Counted from the stretch's first letter, positions 16,304-24,947 are shown. The stretch: 64,000 bases of DNA from an uncultured Candidatus Saccharibacteria bacterium (GCA_964482335.1 CAYZXA010000002.1:586-64585); one strand, 5' to 3'. Numbers and translations are program-made. The notes: a model not told the origin generated them from the letters alone.

Positions 16304-16424
16304 TATTAGACTAAATAGCCTTTAGCCACTTGGGAGTCTCGCCTCATTCCCTCCTTATTGAGGGCCCCGTACGGGGATAAAGGTCTTGTACCAAAAGACT
16401 CCCAGCTGGCTGGAGGTTTTTTAT
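16304..16424 (+). ncRNA. Unknown structured small RNA (~120 nt) with its own promoter and U-tract end
   Basis: A closing helix pairs GGGAGTCT (16332..16339) with AGACTCCC (16397..16404). Internal hairpins are CCTCA..TGAGG and CCCC-GTAC-GGGG. The T6 run is at 16417..16422. There is no credible ORF. I recognised no family, and the ends are approximate. Confidence 0.5.
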
Positions 16425-16460
16425 TTGCCTGCCCTAGATTAAATCTTGGTGAGATTATAA

Positions 16461-16534
16461 TGGACCCGGTGGGATTCGAACCCACGACCTCCGCAATGCG
16501 AATGCGGCGTTCTAGCCAATTGAACTACAGGCCC
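16461..16534 (-). tRNA. tRNA-Ala (anticodon CGC)
   Basis: I folded the cloverleaf by hand: acceptor GGGCCTG with G3:U70, anticodon loop TTCGCAT, T-loop GGTTCGAATCC. No CCA is encoded. Confidence 0.9.
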
Positions 16535-16827
16535 AAGACTTGTCTTATTCTCTCTACTTCTTTTTCTACTACCTCACCTTTGTATTCAGCAGAGTGAGCT
16601 GGTACTCCTTTGTAAATCGGCTTCTTCTGGTCAAGGTGAAGGTTGATAATTGTTTGATGTGAAACTTTATCGATTTTCACATAAGCATGAAGTTTAGGAT
16701 AACCTGACTTTGAAACGCCAATAATCCGAGAAAATGCTAGTTCCTCTTTGTCTTTTTTCTCAAAATGATAACCAGCTCGCCGCATTAAGTTGTAGATATT
16801 AACCTGAGATTCTAAAACAAGCTTCAT
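16525..16827 (-). CDS. Hypothetical protein
   Basis: 100-aa ORF with no recognisable motifs. Its 3' end overlaps the 5' end of tRNA-Ala by 10 nt. Confidence 0.5.
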   Translation of the reverse strand: MKLVLESQVNIYNLMRRAGYHFEKKDKEELAFSRIIGVSKSGYPKLHAYVKIDKVSHQTIINLHLDQKKPIYKGVPAHSAEYKGEVVEKEVERIRQVLGL

Positions 16828-16864
16828 GCTTTAATGTATTAAAGTTGGTTTTTAAATATCATAT

Positions 16865-18298
16865 TTAGGGAGTGACCCTAAAACGAATCATTACATCTCC
16901 AGTATTTACATTTCCTTCCATGTCTTTACACCGAACAAAAAACGTATAATATACGCCGTTCTCAAGACCTGTGACTGTAGCAGTGTGAATATCTCCTTCC
17001 TCGCGAGAAAATCTCTTTTTCATAGAGCTATAGGATACGCCCTGCTCAGTAGCATAACGGCAATATGCTGGCTCATCAGTCTTGATGCCAAGCTGAGTCT
17101 CAGTAGTACCATAATATAAGTCCCTATCTGGATAGAGAATAGTCCTGACAGGCGGTGTTACGTCTTCTGGTGCCTCTACTTGAAATGAAATAAGGAAATC
17201 ATCAGTATTTTTATTGCCATAATCATCAGCACATTTAATATAGTACGTATATTCTGTGTCTTCGCTCAAACCCGTCACTTCAGTGGAATGGAATGTGGAG
17301 TCAGTATTAGAGAAAATACGGTTCATTGAATCATGGCTCAATCCAGAAACCAGGCCATAGCGACAGATTGCTTTTTCATCGGTTTTTAAGCTGATAGTTG
17401 TCTTTTTTGTATAATATGGCAAATCTTCTGTTGGAAAGCCTGCAAAGCAATAAGGAGGATTATTGTCTTGGCTAGGAATACCGGGCGAAGAAGGAATATA
17501 AGCACCACCAACTCCAAAGCGAATCTTAGCATCATTTTCATTCTTATTGCCTTTTAAATCACGGCAGCGAACATAGTACTCATGGATCTTATTGTCTTGC
17601 AATCCCTTGACAGTAGCTGTGTGTAAGACTTTGTCTTTATTATAGGAAAATCTTGAGCTCATTGAGTCGTAGGTTTTGCCAGATTCAATTGAATAACGGC
17701 AATAACCGGGCTCATTGGTCCTTACACTGATTTGGGTTTCAGTCGTGCCAGCAGGTAAAGTGCCTGTAGGATAAAGATCATAGCGCATAGGCGGTGTCTC
17801 ATCTGCCCCTGAACTAGGAACACTGGGTGGATAATAAGAAGGGCCGGTGCCAGCAACAGTAAAAACAATCTTAGCGTCGCTCTCGTTCTTATTGCCTTGT
17901 AAATCGCGGCAGCGAACAGAATATTCATAGGTCTGGCCATTCTTTAACCCTTTTATTTGAGCACTATGAAAGGTCTTGTTCTCGTCATAGGAAAACCTTG
18001 AGCTCATTGAGTCGTAGGATTGGCCCGATTTGGTAGAATAGCGACAATAACCAGGTTCATTGGTATTTACGCTGATTTTAGTCTCAGTTGTGCCAGCAGG
18101 CAAAGTGCCTGAAGGAAAGAGGTCGCTGCGAACAGGCGCACCAGCCATTTCTTCTACAGCTTGTTCTCCGTCACCAGATTCTGACGGTTCAGTTTCATCA
18201 GACTTGCCTAAAAGATTAAAGCCCATTACAGCACCAACAATAATTAAAACTACCACTATGCCAAATAGGATTTGAGCTTGTCCTTTTTGCTTGTTCAT
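16865..18298 (-). CDS. Membrane-anchored surface protein with four ~100-aa Ig/FN3-like repeats
   Basis: 477 aa with an N-terminal TM anchor. The module LxPxGTLPAGTTET.ISV.TNEPGYCRYS...Y.SM..RFS....H.A.V.GL..........VRC.D..GN.N is repeated four times. Confidence 0.85.
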   Translation of the reverse strand: MNKQKGQAQILFGIVVVLIIVGAVMGFNLLGKSDETEPSESGDGEQAVEEMAGAPVRSDLFPSGTLPAGTTETKISVNTNEPGYCRYSTKSGQSYDSMSSRFSYDENKTFHSAQIKGLKNGQTYEYSVRCRDLQGNKNESDAKIVFTVAGTGPSYYPPSVPSSGADETPPMRYDLYPTGTLPAGTTETQISVRTNEPGYCRYSIESGKTYDSMSSRFSYNKDKVLHTATVKGLQDNKIHEYYVRCRDLKGNKNENDAKIRFGVGGAYIPSSPGIPSQDNNPPYCFAGFPTEDLPYYTKKTTISLKTDEKAICRYGLVSGLSHDSMNRIFSNTDSTFHSTEVTGLSEDTEYTYYIKCADDYGNKNTDDFLISFQVEAPEDVTPPVRTILYPDRDLYYGTTETQLGIKTDEPAYCRYATEQGVSYSSMKKRFSREEGDIHTATVTGLENGVYYTFFVRCKDMEGNVNTGDVMIRFRVTP

Positions 18299-18300
18299 AG

Positions 18301-18371
18301 TCGGGGTACTCAGATTTGAACTGAGACTAAATCCTCCCGAAGGACTCGTGCTGCCATTACACTATACCCCG
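18301..18371 (-). tRNA. tRNA-Pro (anticodon CGG)
   Basis: Hand-folded: acceptor CGGGGTA, anticodon loop TTCGGGA with G37, T-loop TTCAAAT. No CCA is encoded. Confidence 0.85.
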
Positions 18372-18389
18372 AGTTTTCATATGAAACTT

Positions 18390-19835
18390 TTATGTGACCC
18401 AATACTTCTGCTTGGTCATTTGGTCTTGCTTCATAACTATCTTTTCTCTTTCTTTGCGTGCTTTTTCAGCTAATTCTTTAAGCTTTTTATCATTTACCTT
18501 GTCCAATTTCTTGGTTTCCTTGCCTAAAAACTCTTTTTTGTTCTTTTTGGGATCATTTAAGACATAGCCTAGTAAAATGTCCAGAATATGTCCTATTTTA
18601 GGCCCTGGCTTAATGTCCAATTCTTTCATAATATCATTGCCTGTTATTTTAAGCGTTTTAACAGAAATCGGGTCTTGCGACACTTTCTCAATGACGTATT
18701 TCAAATGTCGCAATTTATAGGGTTCTGCCTTGGGCACTCCTGAGCCGATTCTGTCAGCCATTCTTACTTGTAATAGTTCTTCCATGTTTTCTGGCCCAAC
18801 TTGCCTAACTAGCCTTCTGACTGAAGATTCTGTTACTTCGTCTACATTATAGTAAAATAAATGATACCTGACTAATTTGACTATTTTCTCAATGTCTTTT
18901 TTAGGGAATCTTAAGAGATTAAGAATCTGACTTGTCATTTTAGCGCCAACTATCTCATGACCGTAAAATGTCGCATTCTCACCTTGACCTCTCTTTGTCT
19001 TGGGTTTGCCAATATCATGCAATAGGCTGGCTAGTCTAACATATTTATTGAACCCCTTTTCAGCTGCATATTTCAAAGAAAGCAGGCTGTGCTCATAGCA
19101 GTCGTAAATATGGTGCTTGTTCTGACTTACGCCATAGCCTTGCTCAAGTTCAGGAATAATATATTTCAACAGACCTAATTGCCTTAAAAGCTTAATGCCT
19201 TGCTCTGCTTTATCTGACATTATAATCTTCATTAGCTCATCCCTAATTCTTTCTTTAGAAATTGCTCTTAACAAAGCAGCATTTTTCTTAATAGCTCTGG
19301 CTGTTTCCGGTTCAATGGTGAAACTAAGAGTTGTAGCAAATCTTACTGCTCTCATCATCCTTAAAGCGTCTTCTGAAAACCTATCTTCTGGCTTGCCAAC
19401 TGCCCGAATAAGCTTGTCTTCCAGATCTTTTTGCCCTTGGAAAGGATCAATAATCTCTGCATTCATGGCAATAGCATTGACAGTAAAGTCTCTTCTGGCT
19501 AAATCTTCTTTGATAGTTTTGGCAAACTTAACTTCGTCGGGATGGCGCTTATCAGTATATTTTGCTTCAAGACGATAAGTAGTTATCTCAACTTCTTTGA
19601 GTTTTGGGTTTTTACTGCCTGTTTTAACAGTAACAGTTAAAAACTTATTCTCGTAAAAACTTTTAGGAAAGGTCTTCTGAATTTCCTTGGGCTTGGCATT
19701 TGTAGTAACATCCCAGTCTTCTGGCGTCATTCCTCTCAGAAAATCACGAACACAGCCCCCAACAATGTGTGCTTGGAATCCTTTATCCTTTAACTTATCA
19801 ATGACAGATTTTACCTCTTTTGGTATTTCCATCAA
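18390..19835 (-). CDS. cca: CCA-adding tRNA nucleotidyltransferase with HD domain
   Basis: 481 aa with GGCVRD..(x)..DWDV nucleotidyltransferase motifs and the HD-domain segment LLHDIGKP. Confidence 0.85.
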   Translation of the reverse strand: MMEIPKEVKSVIDKLKDKGFQAHIVGGCVRDFLRGMTPEDWDVTTNAKPKEIQKTFPKSFYENKFLTVTVKTGSKNPKLKEVEITTYRLEAKYTDKRHPDEVKFAKTIKEDLARRDFTVNAIAMNAEIIDPFQGQKDLEDKLIRAVGKPEDRFSEDALRMMRAVRFATTLSFTIEPETARAIKKNAALLRAISKERIRDELMKIIMSDKAEQGIKLLRQLGLLKYIIPELEQGYGVSQNKHHIYDCYEHSLLSLKYAAEKGFNKYVRLASLLHDIGKPKTKRGQGENATFYGHEIVGAKMTSQILNLLRFPKKDIEKIVKLVRYHLFYYNVDEVTESSVRRLVRQVGPENMEELLQVRMADRIGSGVPKAEPYKLRHLKYVIEKVSQDPISVKTLKITGNDIMKELDIKPGPKIGHILDILLGYVLNDPKKNKKEFLGKETKKLDKVNDKKLKELAEKARKEREKIVMKQDQMTKQKYWVT

Positions 19836-19854
19836 TTAAATAATACCTTAGAAT

Positions 19855-19882
19855 TTGATTTTTTTCAAATCTCTGGTATAAT
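19855..19882 (+). promoter_or_regulatory. Sigma70-like promoter TTGATT-N16-TATAAT upstream of tRNA-Arg
   Basis: The -10 element ends 9 nt before the first tRNA nucleotide. Confidence 0.5.
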
Positions 19883-19891
19883 TAAAAAGTT

Positions 19892-19963
19892 GCCCTTGTG
19901 GTGAAACGGATATCATGTCTGCCTTCGAAGCAGAGGTTCTAGGTTCGAATCCTAGCGAGGGCA
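19892..19963 (+). tRNA. tRNA-Arg (anticodon TCG)
   Basis: Hand-folded: acceptor GCCCTTG/CGAGGGC, anticodon stem TCTGC/GCAGA with loop CTTCGAA, T-loop GGTTCGAATCC. No CCA is encoded. Confidence 0.85.
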
Positions 19964-19974
19964 CAAAGTTTGCC

Positions 19975-20397
19975 ATGAAACACAGAAATGTTAAAATAAA
20001 ATTGATGAAAAAAATATTTTTGCTAAGCTTTTTACTTTTGTTTTTAAGTTTAAGCCAAGTACAAGCTGCAGGCCTTGTCCCTTGCGGGGAAGAAGGCAAT
20101 CCCTGTCAATTCTGTCATTTTTTTGTTTTAATTAACAACATCATTGAGTTTGTCATGTTTAAACTTGTTCCAGTAATTGCAGTTGTTATGTTAATCGTTG
20201 GTGGAATAATGTTCTTTTTTGCTGGAGCTAAACCTGATGTTTTAACTCGAGCAAAAGGAATTATTACTTCAGTTGTTATTGGCTTAGTCGTCATTTTCTG
20301 TGCTTGGCTCATTGTTAATACGGTCTTAACCAAAATCGGAATTGTTAAATCGCCCAGCCTTTTACAGTGGTATCAAATTGAATGTCCAATTCAATAA
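19975..20397 (+). CDS. VirB2/TrbC-like 'T4SS pilin' family protein
   Basis: The track ORF begins inside tRNA-Arg, so I trimmed it to ATG 19975 (an alternative ATG is at 20005). It has a signal peptide ..LSQVQAAG, the CPR-pilin-type LVPCG..NPCQFCH motif, and two TM helices. Confidence 0.75.
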   Translation: MKHRNVKIKLMKKIFLLSFLLLFLSLSQVQAAGLVPCGEEGNPCQFCHFFVLINNIIEFVMFKLVPVIAVVMLIVGGIMFFFAGAKPDVLTRAKGIITSVVIGLVVIFCAWLIVNTVLTKIGIVKSPSLLQWYQIECPIQ

Positions 20398-20401
20398 TCC
20401 T

Positions 20402-20474
20402 GCCCCTATAACTCAATTGGCAGAGTAGTTGCCTCTTAAGCAATTTGTTCCAGGTTCGAGTCCTGGTGGGGGCA
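20402..20474 (+). tRNA. tRNA-Lys (anticodon CTT)
   Basis: Hand-folded: acceptor GCCCCTA/TGGGGGC, anticodon loop CTCTTAA, T-loop GGTTCGAGTCC. No CCA is encoded. Confidence 0.9.
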
Positions 20475-20485
20475 CTGATAAAAAT

Positions 20486-20752
20486 ATGTTAACACCACAA
20501 CAAAAAACAAAAATAATCGAAAAATACAAGCGGCATGAAGGCGATACCGGGTCTGAAGAAGTCCAAGTGGCTTTGCTTTCAGAAGAAATAAAGCAACTGC
20601 TTTTACATTTGAAAAAGCACAAAAAAGACTTTCATTCTAAGAGAGGCCTTTTAAAAATGGTATCCAAAAGAAGGTCTCTTTTAAATTACTTAAAGGAAGA
20701 AAGTACCAGAAGATATAATAAGATTATTAAAGCAGTTGGTTTAAAAAAATAA
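20486..20752 (+). CDS. rpsO: 30S ribosomal protein S15
   Basis: I moved the start to ATG 20486 because the track start lies inside tRNA-Lys. The 88-aa product reads [35 protein letters not shown].. Confidence 0.95.
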   Translation: MLTPQQKTKIIEKYKRHEGDTGSEEVQVALLSEEIKQLLLHLKKHKKDFHSKRGLLKMVSKRRSLLNYLKEESTRRYNKIIKAVGLKK

Positions 20753-20753
20753 T

Positions 20754-21257
20754 ATGATTGTCAAACATAAAGAACAAAGAGTGGCTGTCTTGATTGACGT
20801 GCAAAACATGTACCACTCAGCTAAAAACCTTTATAGCAAGAAGGTTAATTTCTCTGAGATTTTAAAGACAGCTGTTAGCGAAAGAAAGCTAATTAGAGCT
20901 TTTGCTTATGTTGTCAGAACAAAGACCGGGGAAGAAAAGCCTTTTTTTGAAGCTTTGAGCAAATTAGGCCTTGAAACAAGAGTCAGAGACCTTCAGGAGT
21001 TCTACGGCGGCATGAAAAAAGCTGACTGGGACGTTGGTATTACCATTGACGCTGTTAAAACTGCTCCAGGGGTTGATACTATTGTTTTGGTTTCTGGCGA
21101 TGGTGACTTTATCCAATTAGTTGAATATTTAAAAAATCAAGGTAAAAGAGTGGAAGTATTGGCCTTTGGCAAATCAACTTCTAGTCGGCTGAGGGAAATA
21201 GCCGATGAATTCATTGACCTGGGAAGTACTCCAGCTAAATTCTTATTAAAGAAATGA
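20754..21257 (+). CDS. NYN/LabA-like (DUF88) domain protein
   Basis: 167 aa with the VAVLIDVQNMYH and VSGDGDF motifs. Confidence 0.8.
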   Translation: MIVKHKEQRVAVLIDVQNMYHSAKNLYSKKVNFSEILKTAVSERKLIRAFAYVVRTKTGEEKPFFEALSKLGLETRVRDLQEFYGGMKKADWDVGITIDAVKTAPGVDTIVLVSGDGDFIQLVEYLKNQGKRVEVLAFGKSTSSRLREIADEFIDLGSTPAKFLLKK

Positions 21258-23356
21258 ATAAATTTAAATTAAACATTGGCAACAGAGACCTTACTGTTGA
21301 GGTCCACAACCTGGCCGAACAAGCTTCGGGCAGTTGTTTAGTTAGATACGGCGATACCGTGGTTTTGGCAACGGCTGTTATGTCAGACCAGGAAAGAGAA
21401 GGCATTGATTTCTTTCCTTTAACTGTGGAATACGAAGAAAGGTTTTATGCAGCTGGCAAAATTTTAGGTTCTAGATTTATGAGAAGAGAAGGCAGGCCAT
21501 CAGATGAGGCAATTTTAAGCGCTAGAGCTATTGATAGAACCATCCGACCAAGGTTCCCTAAAGGCTTTCGCAAAGAAGTTCAGGTAGTAATTACCTGCCT
21601 TTCTTGGGATGCTAGCAACGACCCTGATATTATTGGCTATCTAGGAGCTTCTTTGGCTTTATCTATTTCTAACATCCCCTGGTCAGGACCAATTGCTTCT
21701 TTGCGCATCGGCAGAATTGAAAATCAGTTTGTCTTAAATCCTGTGTACGAGGAAAGAGAAAAAGGTGACTTGGACCTGGTTTTAGCTGCTATTAATCAAA
21801 ATGGTAAATTATTAATCAATATGATTGAAATGGAAGGAGAGGAAATAGATGAAAAGGTAATTCTAGAGGCCTATAGCTTTGCTAAGCCTCACTTAGAAAA
21901 ACTGATTGATTTCCAGAAAGAAATTGCTAAAAAAATCGGCAAAGAAAAAGCTGCTATTGAAGAATCTGCTAAAGACCTGGAATTAGAAAGAGAAATCAAA
22001 GAATTCTTAAAAGATAAGCTAGATAAAGCGCTTTATCAAAAAAACAAAAGTAGCCGGCAGGATTCAACTGCAGAACTCAAAAAGGAACTTGCCTATTTTA
22101 TTGAAGGCAAATACCCTGCTATGGGCAGAACAAAGCAAGCCAAAGATTTTTTTGACGAAGAAATAAATAAATTGCTCCATGAAAACGTGCTTAAACACGA
22201 TAAAAGGCCAGACGCTAGAAAACTAGATGAGATAAGAAATCTTCAGATAGAGGCAGGTCTTTTGCCAAGAACCCATGGCTCAGGTCTTTTCATCAGAGGG
22301 CAAACCAAAGCTCTGTCTATTCTAACCTTAGGTACGCCAAGCGACGTCAGGCTATTGGAAGGAATGGAAATTAGAGGTAAAAAACGCTTCATGCACCATT
22401 ATAATTTCCCTCCCTATTGCTCAGGAGAAGTAAAGCCAATGAGAGGTCCTGGCAGAAGAGAAATAGGCCATGGCATGTTAGCAGAAAAAGCCTTGGTTCC
22501 TTTAGTGCCAAGTTTTGAAGACTTTCCCTATACTATGAGAATTGTTACTGAGATTCTCTCTTCTAACGGTTCGACTTCCATGGCTTCTGTTTCAGCAGCA
22601 GTCTTAGCTTTAATGGATGCTGGTGTGCCAATTAAAGCACCAGCTGCTGGCATTGCTATAGGGTTAATGGCAGATGAAAATGGAAACTATAAAATATTAA
22701 CTGATATTCAGGGGCCAGAGGATCATTACGGTGATATGGACTTTAAAGCAGCCGGTACTAAAAAAGGCATCACAGCTATTCAAATGGATGTCAAGTTCGA
22801 TGGCATTACTGAAGAGATTTTCAAAGAAGCTCTCAACTCAGCTAAAAAAGCAAGAATTCATATTTTAGACAAAATAGCTGAGGTTCTTGATAAACCAAGA
22901 AAAGAACTTTCTCGTTGGGCTCCCCGCATTTATACTTTACAGATAAAACCTGAGAAAATAAGAGAAGTCATAGGGCCGGGCGGCAAGATTATCCACGAAA
23001 TAATTGAAAAGTGTGAAGTCTCAATTGATATTGAAGACAGCGGTAGGGTTTTTGTCACAGCTGAAAAAGAAGAAGCTGCTCAAAAAGCTATTGCCTGGAT
23101 AAAAAACATTACCAGAGAAGTCAAGGTAGGGGAGATATTTCAGGGCAAAGTTAAAAGAATTTTAAACTTCGGAGCTTTTGTGGAAATCCTGCCGGGACAG
23201 GAAGGCCTGGTCCATATTTCCCAACTCAGCCATAAGAGGGTGGAAAAAGTTGAAGATGTAGTTAAGGTTGGAGATGTCGTGCCGGTCAAGGTGATAAAAA
23301 TTGACCAACAAGGTAGAATAGACTTGTCTATCAAGGAAACTAAAAACCTTAAGTAA
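21254..23356 (+). CDS. pnp: Polyribonucleotide nucleotidyltransferase (PNPase)
   Basis: 700 aa with two RNase PH-like halves, then a KH region (IREVIGPGGKII) and an S1 region (GKVKRILNFGAFVEI). Confidence 0.95.
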   Translation: MNKFKLNIGNRDLTVEVHNLAEQASGSCLVRYGDTVVLATAVMSDQEREGIDFFPLTVEYEERFYAAGKILGSRFMRREGRPSDEAILSARAIDRTIRPRFPKGFRKEVQVVITCLSWDASNDPDIIGYLGASLALSISNIPWSGPIASLRIGRIENQFVLNPVYEEREKGDLDLVLAAINQNGKLLINMIEMEGEEIDEKVILEAYSFAKPHLEKLIDFQKEIAKKIGKEKAAIEESAKDLELEREIKEFLKDKLDKALYQKNKSSRQDSTAELKKELAYFIEGKYPAMGRTKQAKDFFDEEINKLLHENVLKHDKRPDARKLDEIRNLQIEAGLLPRTHGSGLFIRGQTKALSILTLGTPSDVRLLEGMEIRGKKRFMHHYNFPPYCSGEVKPMRGPGRREIGHGMLAEKALVPLVPSFEDFPYTMRIVTEILSSNGSTSMASVSAAVLALMDAGVPIKAPAAGIAIGLMADENGNYKILTDIQGPEDHYGDMDFKAAGTKKGITAIQMDVKFDGITEEIFKEALNSAKKARIHILDKIAEVLDKPRKELSRWAPRIYTLQIKPEKIREVIGPGGKIIHEIIEKCEVSIDIEDSGRVFVTAEKEEAAQKAIAWIKNITREVKVGEIFQGKVKRILNFGAFVEILPGQEGLVHISQLSHKRVEKVEDVVKVGDVVPVKVIKIDQQGRIDLSIKETKNLK

Positions 23357-23357
23357 T

Positions 23358-24569
23358 ATGCCGGAAGAAAAAGATAAAAAATTGGAATACCTCCAGCGAG
23401 AGGAGGTTAAAACAATGGAGAAAGATGTTGCCAAGCTTCGTGAAGCAGGCGCTCAAAAAGAAAGACAAAGAGTGTCTGAATTAAAAACTACCCAGGAGGC
23501 TCAAAAAGAAAAAGAAAGGCAAGAAAAAGCCAGACAGGCAGCTCAAGACAGGGAAAAAGCAGAAAAAGAAGCTCAAAGAAAAACAGAAGAGTTAAAGGTG
23601 TTGAAAAAAGAGAAAGAGGAAAAAGCAGAAGTTACGGAAAAAGAAGGGGTTGAAAAAGAAGAAACCAGAGCTGAAGAGTTTAAAGAAGCTTTAAGGCAGA
23701 CTCAGAACAGAGAAGAAGAAGAAAGAAAAAGGTTTTTACAAAGAATTCAAGCCAAGGCCAAAGAAGAAGAGCCTTTAATACCCGTTAAGCCTCCTTTGCC
23801 ACCGCCTCCGGAAATACCTAAGAAAGAAACATCTGAAAAGAAAATTTCCAAGATCTCATTTAAAAGACCATCTTTTGCTCAAAAGCTCTGGATCAGAGTT
23901 CTTCTAACGCTTTTACTGGTGGCAGTAATAGCAGGCATAGCTACCTTTTGGTACTGGTATCTAGTTGTCAGAGAAGTTCCTTCCCATGTTCCACCTATTA
24001 CCAAAGAAGAAGTATTTATCCCCCCCGCTTTAATCTCAACTGAAAACATTCGAACCTTAGAAATTTCTAATTCAATTGAAATTCCCCTCTTACTTTCTCA
24101 AATTATCAAAGAAGATTTAGGAGAAAACCAATTTACTCGAATATTAATTAAAAATACTAAGGAGAATAAGATCTTGGGATTAAAAGAATTTTTTGAATCT
24201 TTCGCTGTTGTTTCTCCCCAAGGATTCTACGAGAAAACAGAAAATGATTTCACCTTGTTTATTTATTCTTCTCAAGGAGAAAATCGCTTAGGTTTTGTCA
24301 CAGAAACAAAAGAAGAGCTCCTATCTTTATTAAAAACATGGGAGACAACAATGGAGGCTGATCTTGAGAATCTCTTTGTTATCTTGGGTAAAACGGGCTT
24401 AGCTTCTGTTCCTGAATTTAAAGAAGCTGACTATGAAGATGGAGTTTTCCATTACCTTTCTTTCCCATCAGAGAATTTTGGCGTTTGTTGGGCTTTAGCT
24501 GATAATTACTTTATTCTCACCTCTTCTGGAGAAAGCATTTTGAGAATAATTGATAAGATAAATGAATAA
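23358..24569 (+). CDS. Hypothetical membrane protein with Lys/Glu-rich coiled-coil N-terminus
   Basis: 403 aa. A charged low-complexity region and a Pro-rich linker precede one TM helix (LWIRVLLTLLLVAVIAGIATFWYWYL) and a C-terminal domain. Confidence 0.7.
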   Translation: MPEEKDKKLEYLQREEVKTMEKDVAKLREAGAQKERQRVSELKTTQEAQKEKERQEKARQAAQDREKAEKEAQRKTEELKVLKKEKEEKAEVTEKEGVEKEETRAEEFKEALRQTQNREEEERKRFLQRIQAKAKEEEPLIPVKPPLPPPPEIPKKETSEKKISKISFKRPSFAQKLWIRVLLTLLLVAVIAGIATFWYWYLVVREVPSHVPPITKEEVFIPPALISTENIRTLEISNSIEIPLLLSQIIKEDLGENQFTRILIKNTKENKILGLKEFFESFAVVSPQGFYEKTENDFTLFIYSSQGENRLGFVTETKEELLSLLKTWETTMEADLENLFVILGKTGLASVPEFKEADYEDGVFHYLSFPSENFGVCWALADNYFILTSSGESILRIIDKINE

Positions 24570-24915
24570 AAAACTACTTCAAGAACTCAAAGAGAAGTTA
24601 GAAAAAGAAAAAGTTGCCATTATAAAGCAACTTAAAACTTTTGCTACGCAGGACCCGAAGCTGAAAGGGGATTGGGATTCCCGCTTTCCTGATTTTGACG
24701 GCAGCATGGAAGAAGCAGCCGATGAAGTTGAAGAATATACTTCTCGCTTGCCAGTTGAATTCAGTCTGGAAATTCAGTTAAGAGATATTAACTTAGCTTT
24801 GGACAAGATAAAACAAGGTAAATACGGCAAGTGTGAAAAATGCGGAAAAAAGATCGATGAGAAACGGTTGAAAGTTCATCCAGCTGCTAGAAACTGTATG
24901 AAGTGTCAGAAATAA
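24562..24915 (+). CDS. TraR/DksA-family C4 zinc-finger protein
   Basis: 117 aa with CEKCGKKI..(x)..CMKCQ at the C-terminus. Confidence 0.75.
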   Translation: MNKKLLQELKEKLEKEKVAIIKQLKTFATQDPKLKGDWDSRFPDFDGSMEEAADEVEEYTSRLPVEFSLEIQLRDINLALDKIKQGKYGKCEKCGKKIDEKRLKVHPAARNCMKCQK

Positions 24916-24923
24916 AATAAAAG

Positions 24924-24946
24924 AGCCGCCAAGGAGCGGTTTTTTG
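24924..24946. terminator. Weak bidirectional hairpin between convergent genes
   Basis: AGCCGC-caagga-GCGGTT is followed by a T5 run on the plus strand. The stem is short. Confidence 0.35.
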
Positions 24947-24947
24947 T

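Noticed and set aside
16304-16424. Identifying the two sRNA candidates (also 47315..47451) as SRP RNA, 6S RNA, 5S rRNA or tmRNA
   Set aside because: I could not find the conserved SRP domain IV motif with a GNRA apex, 5S loop motifs, or a 6S central bubble. The lengths are wrong for tmRNA and RNase P RNA. I left both unassigned.
16358-16597. ORFs overlapping tRNA genes (16358..16597+, 18291..18473+, 19848..20099-, 20413..20622-, and the 5' parts of 19915..20397 and 20429..20752)
   Set aside because: They read through tRNA or sRNA sequence. I trimmed the real genes to downstream ATGs.
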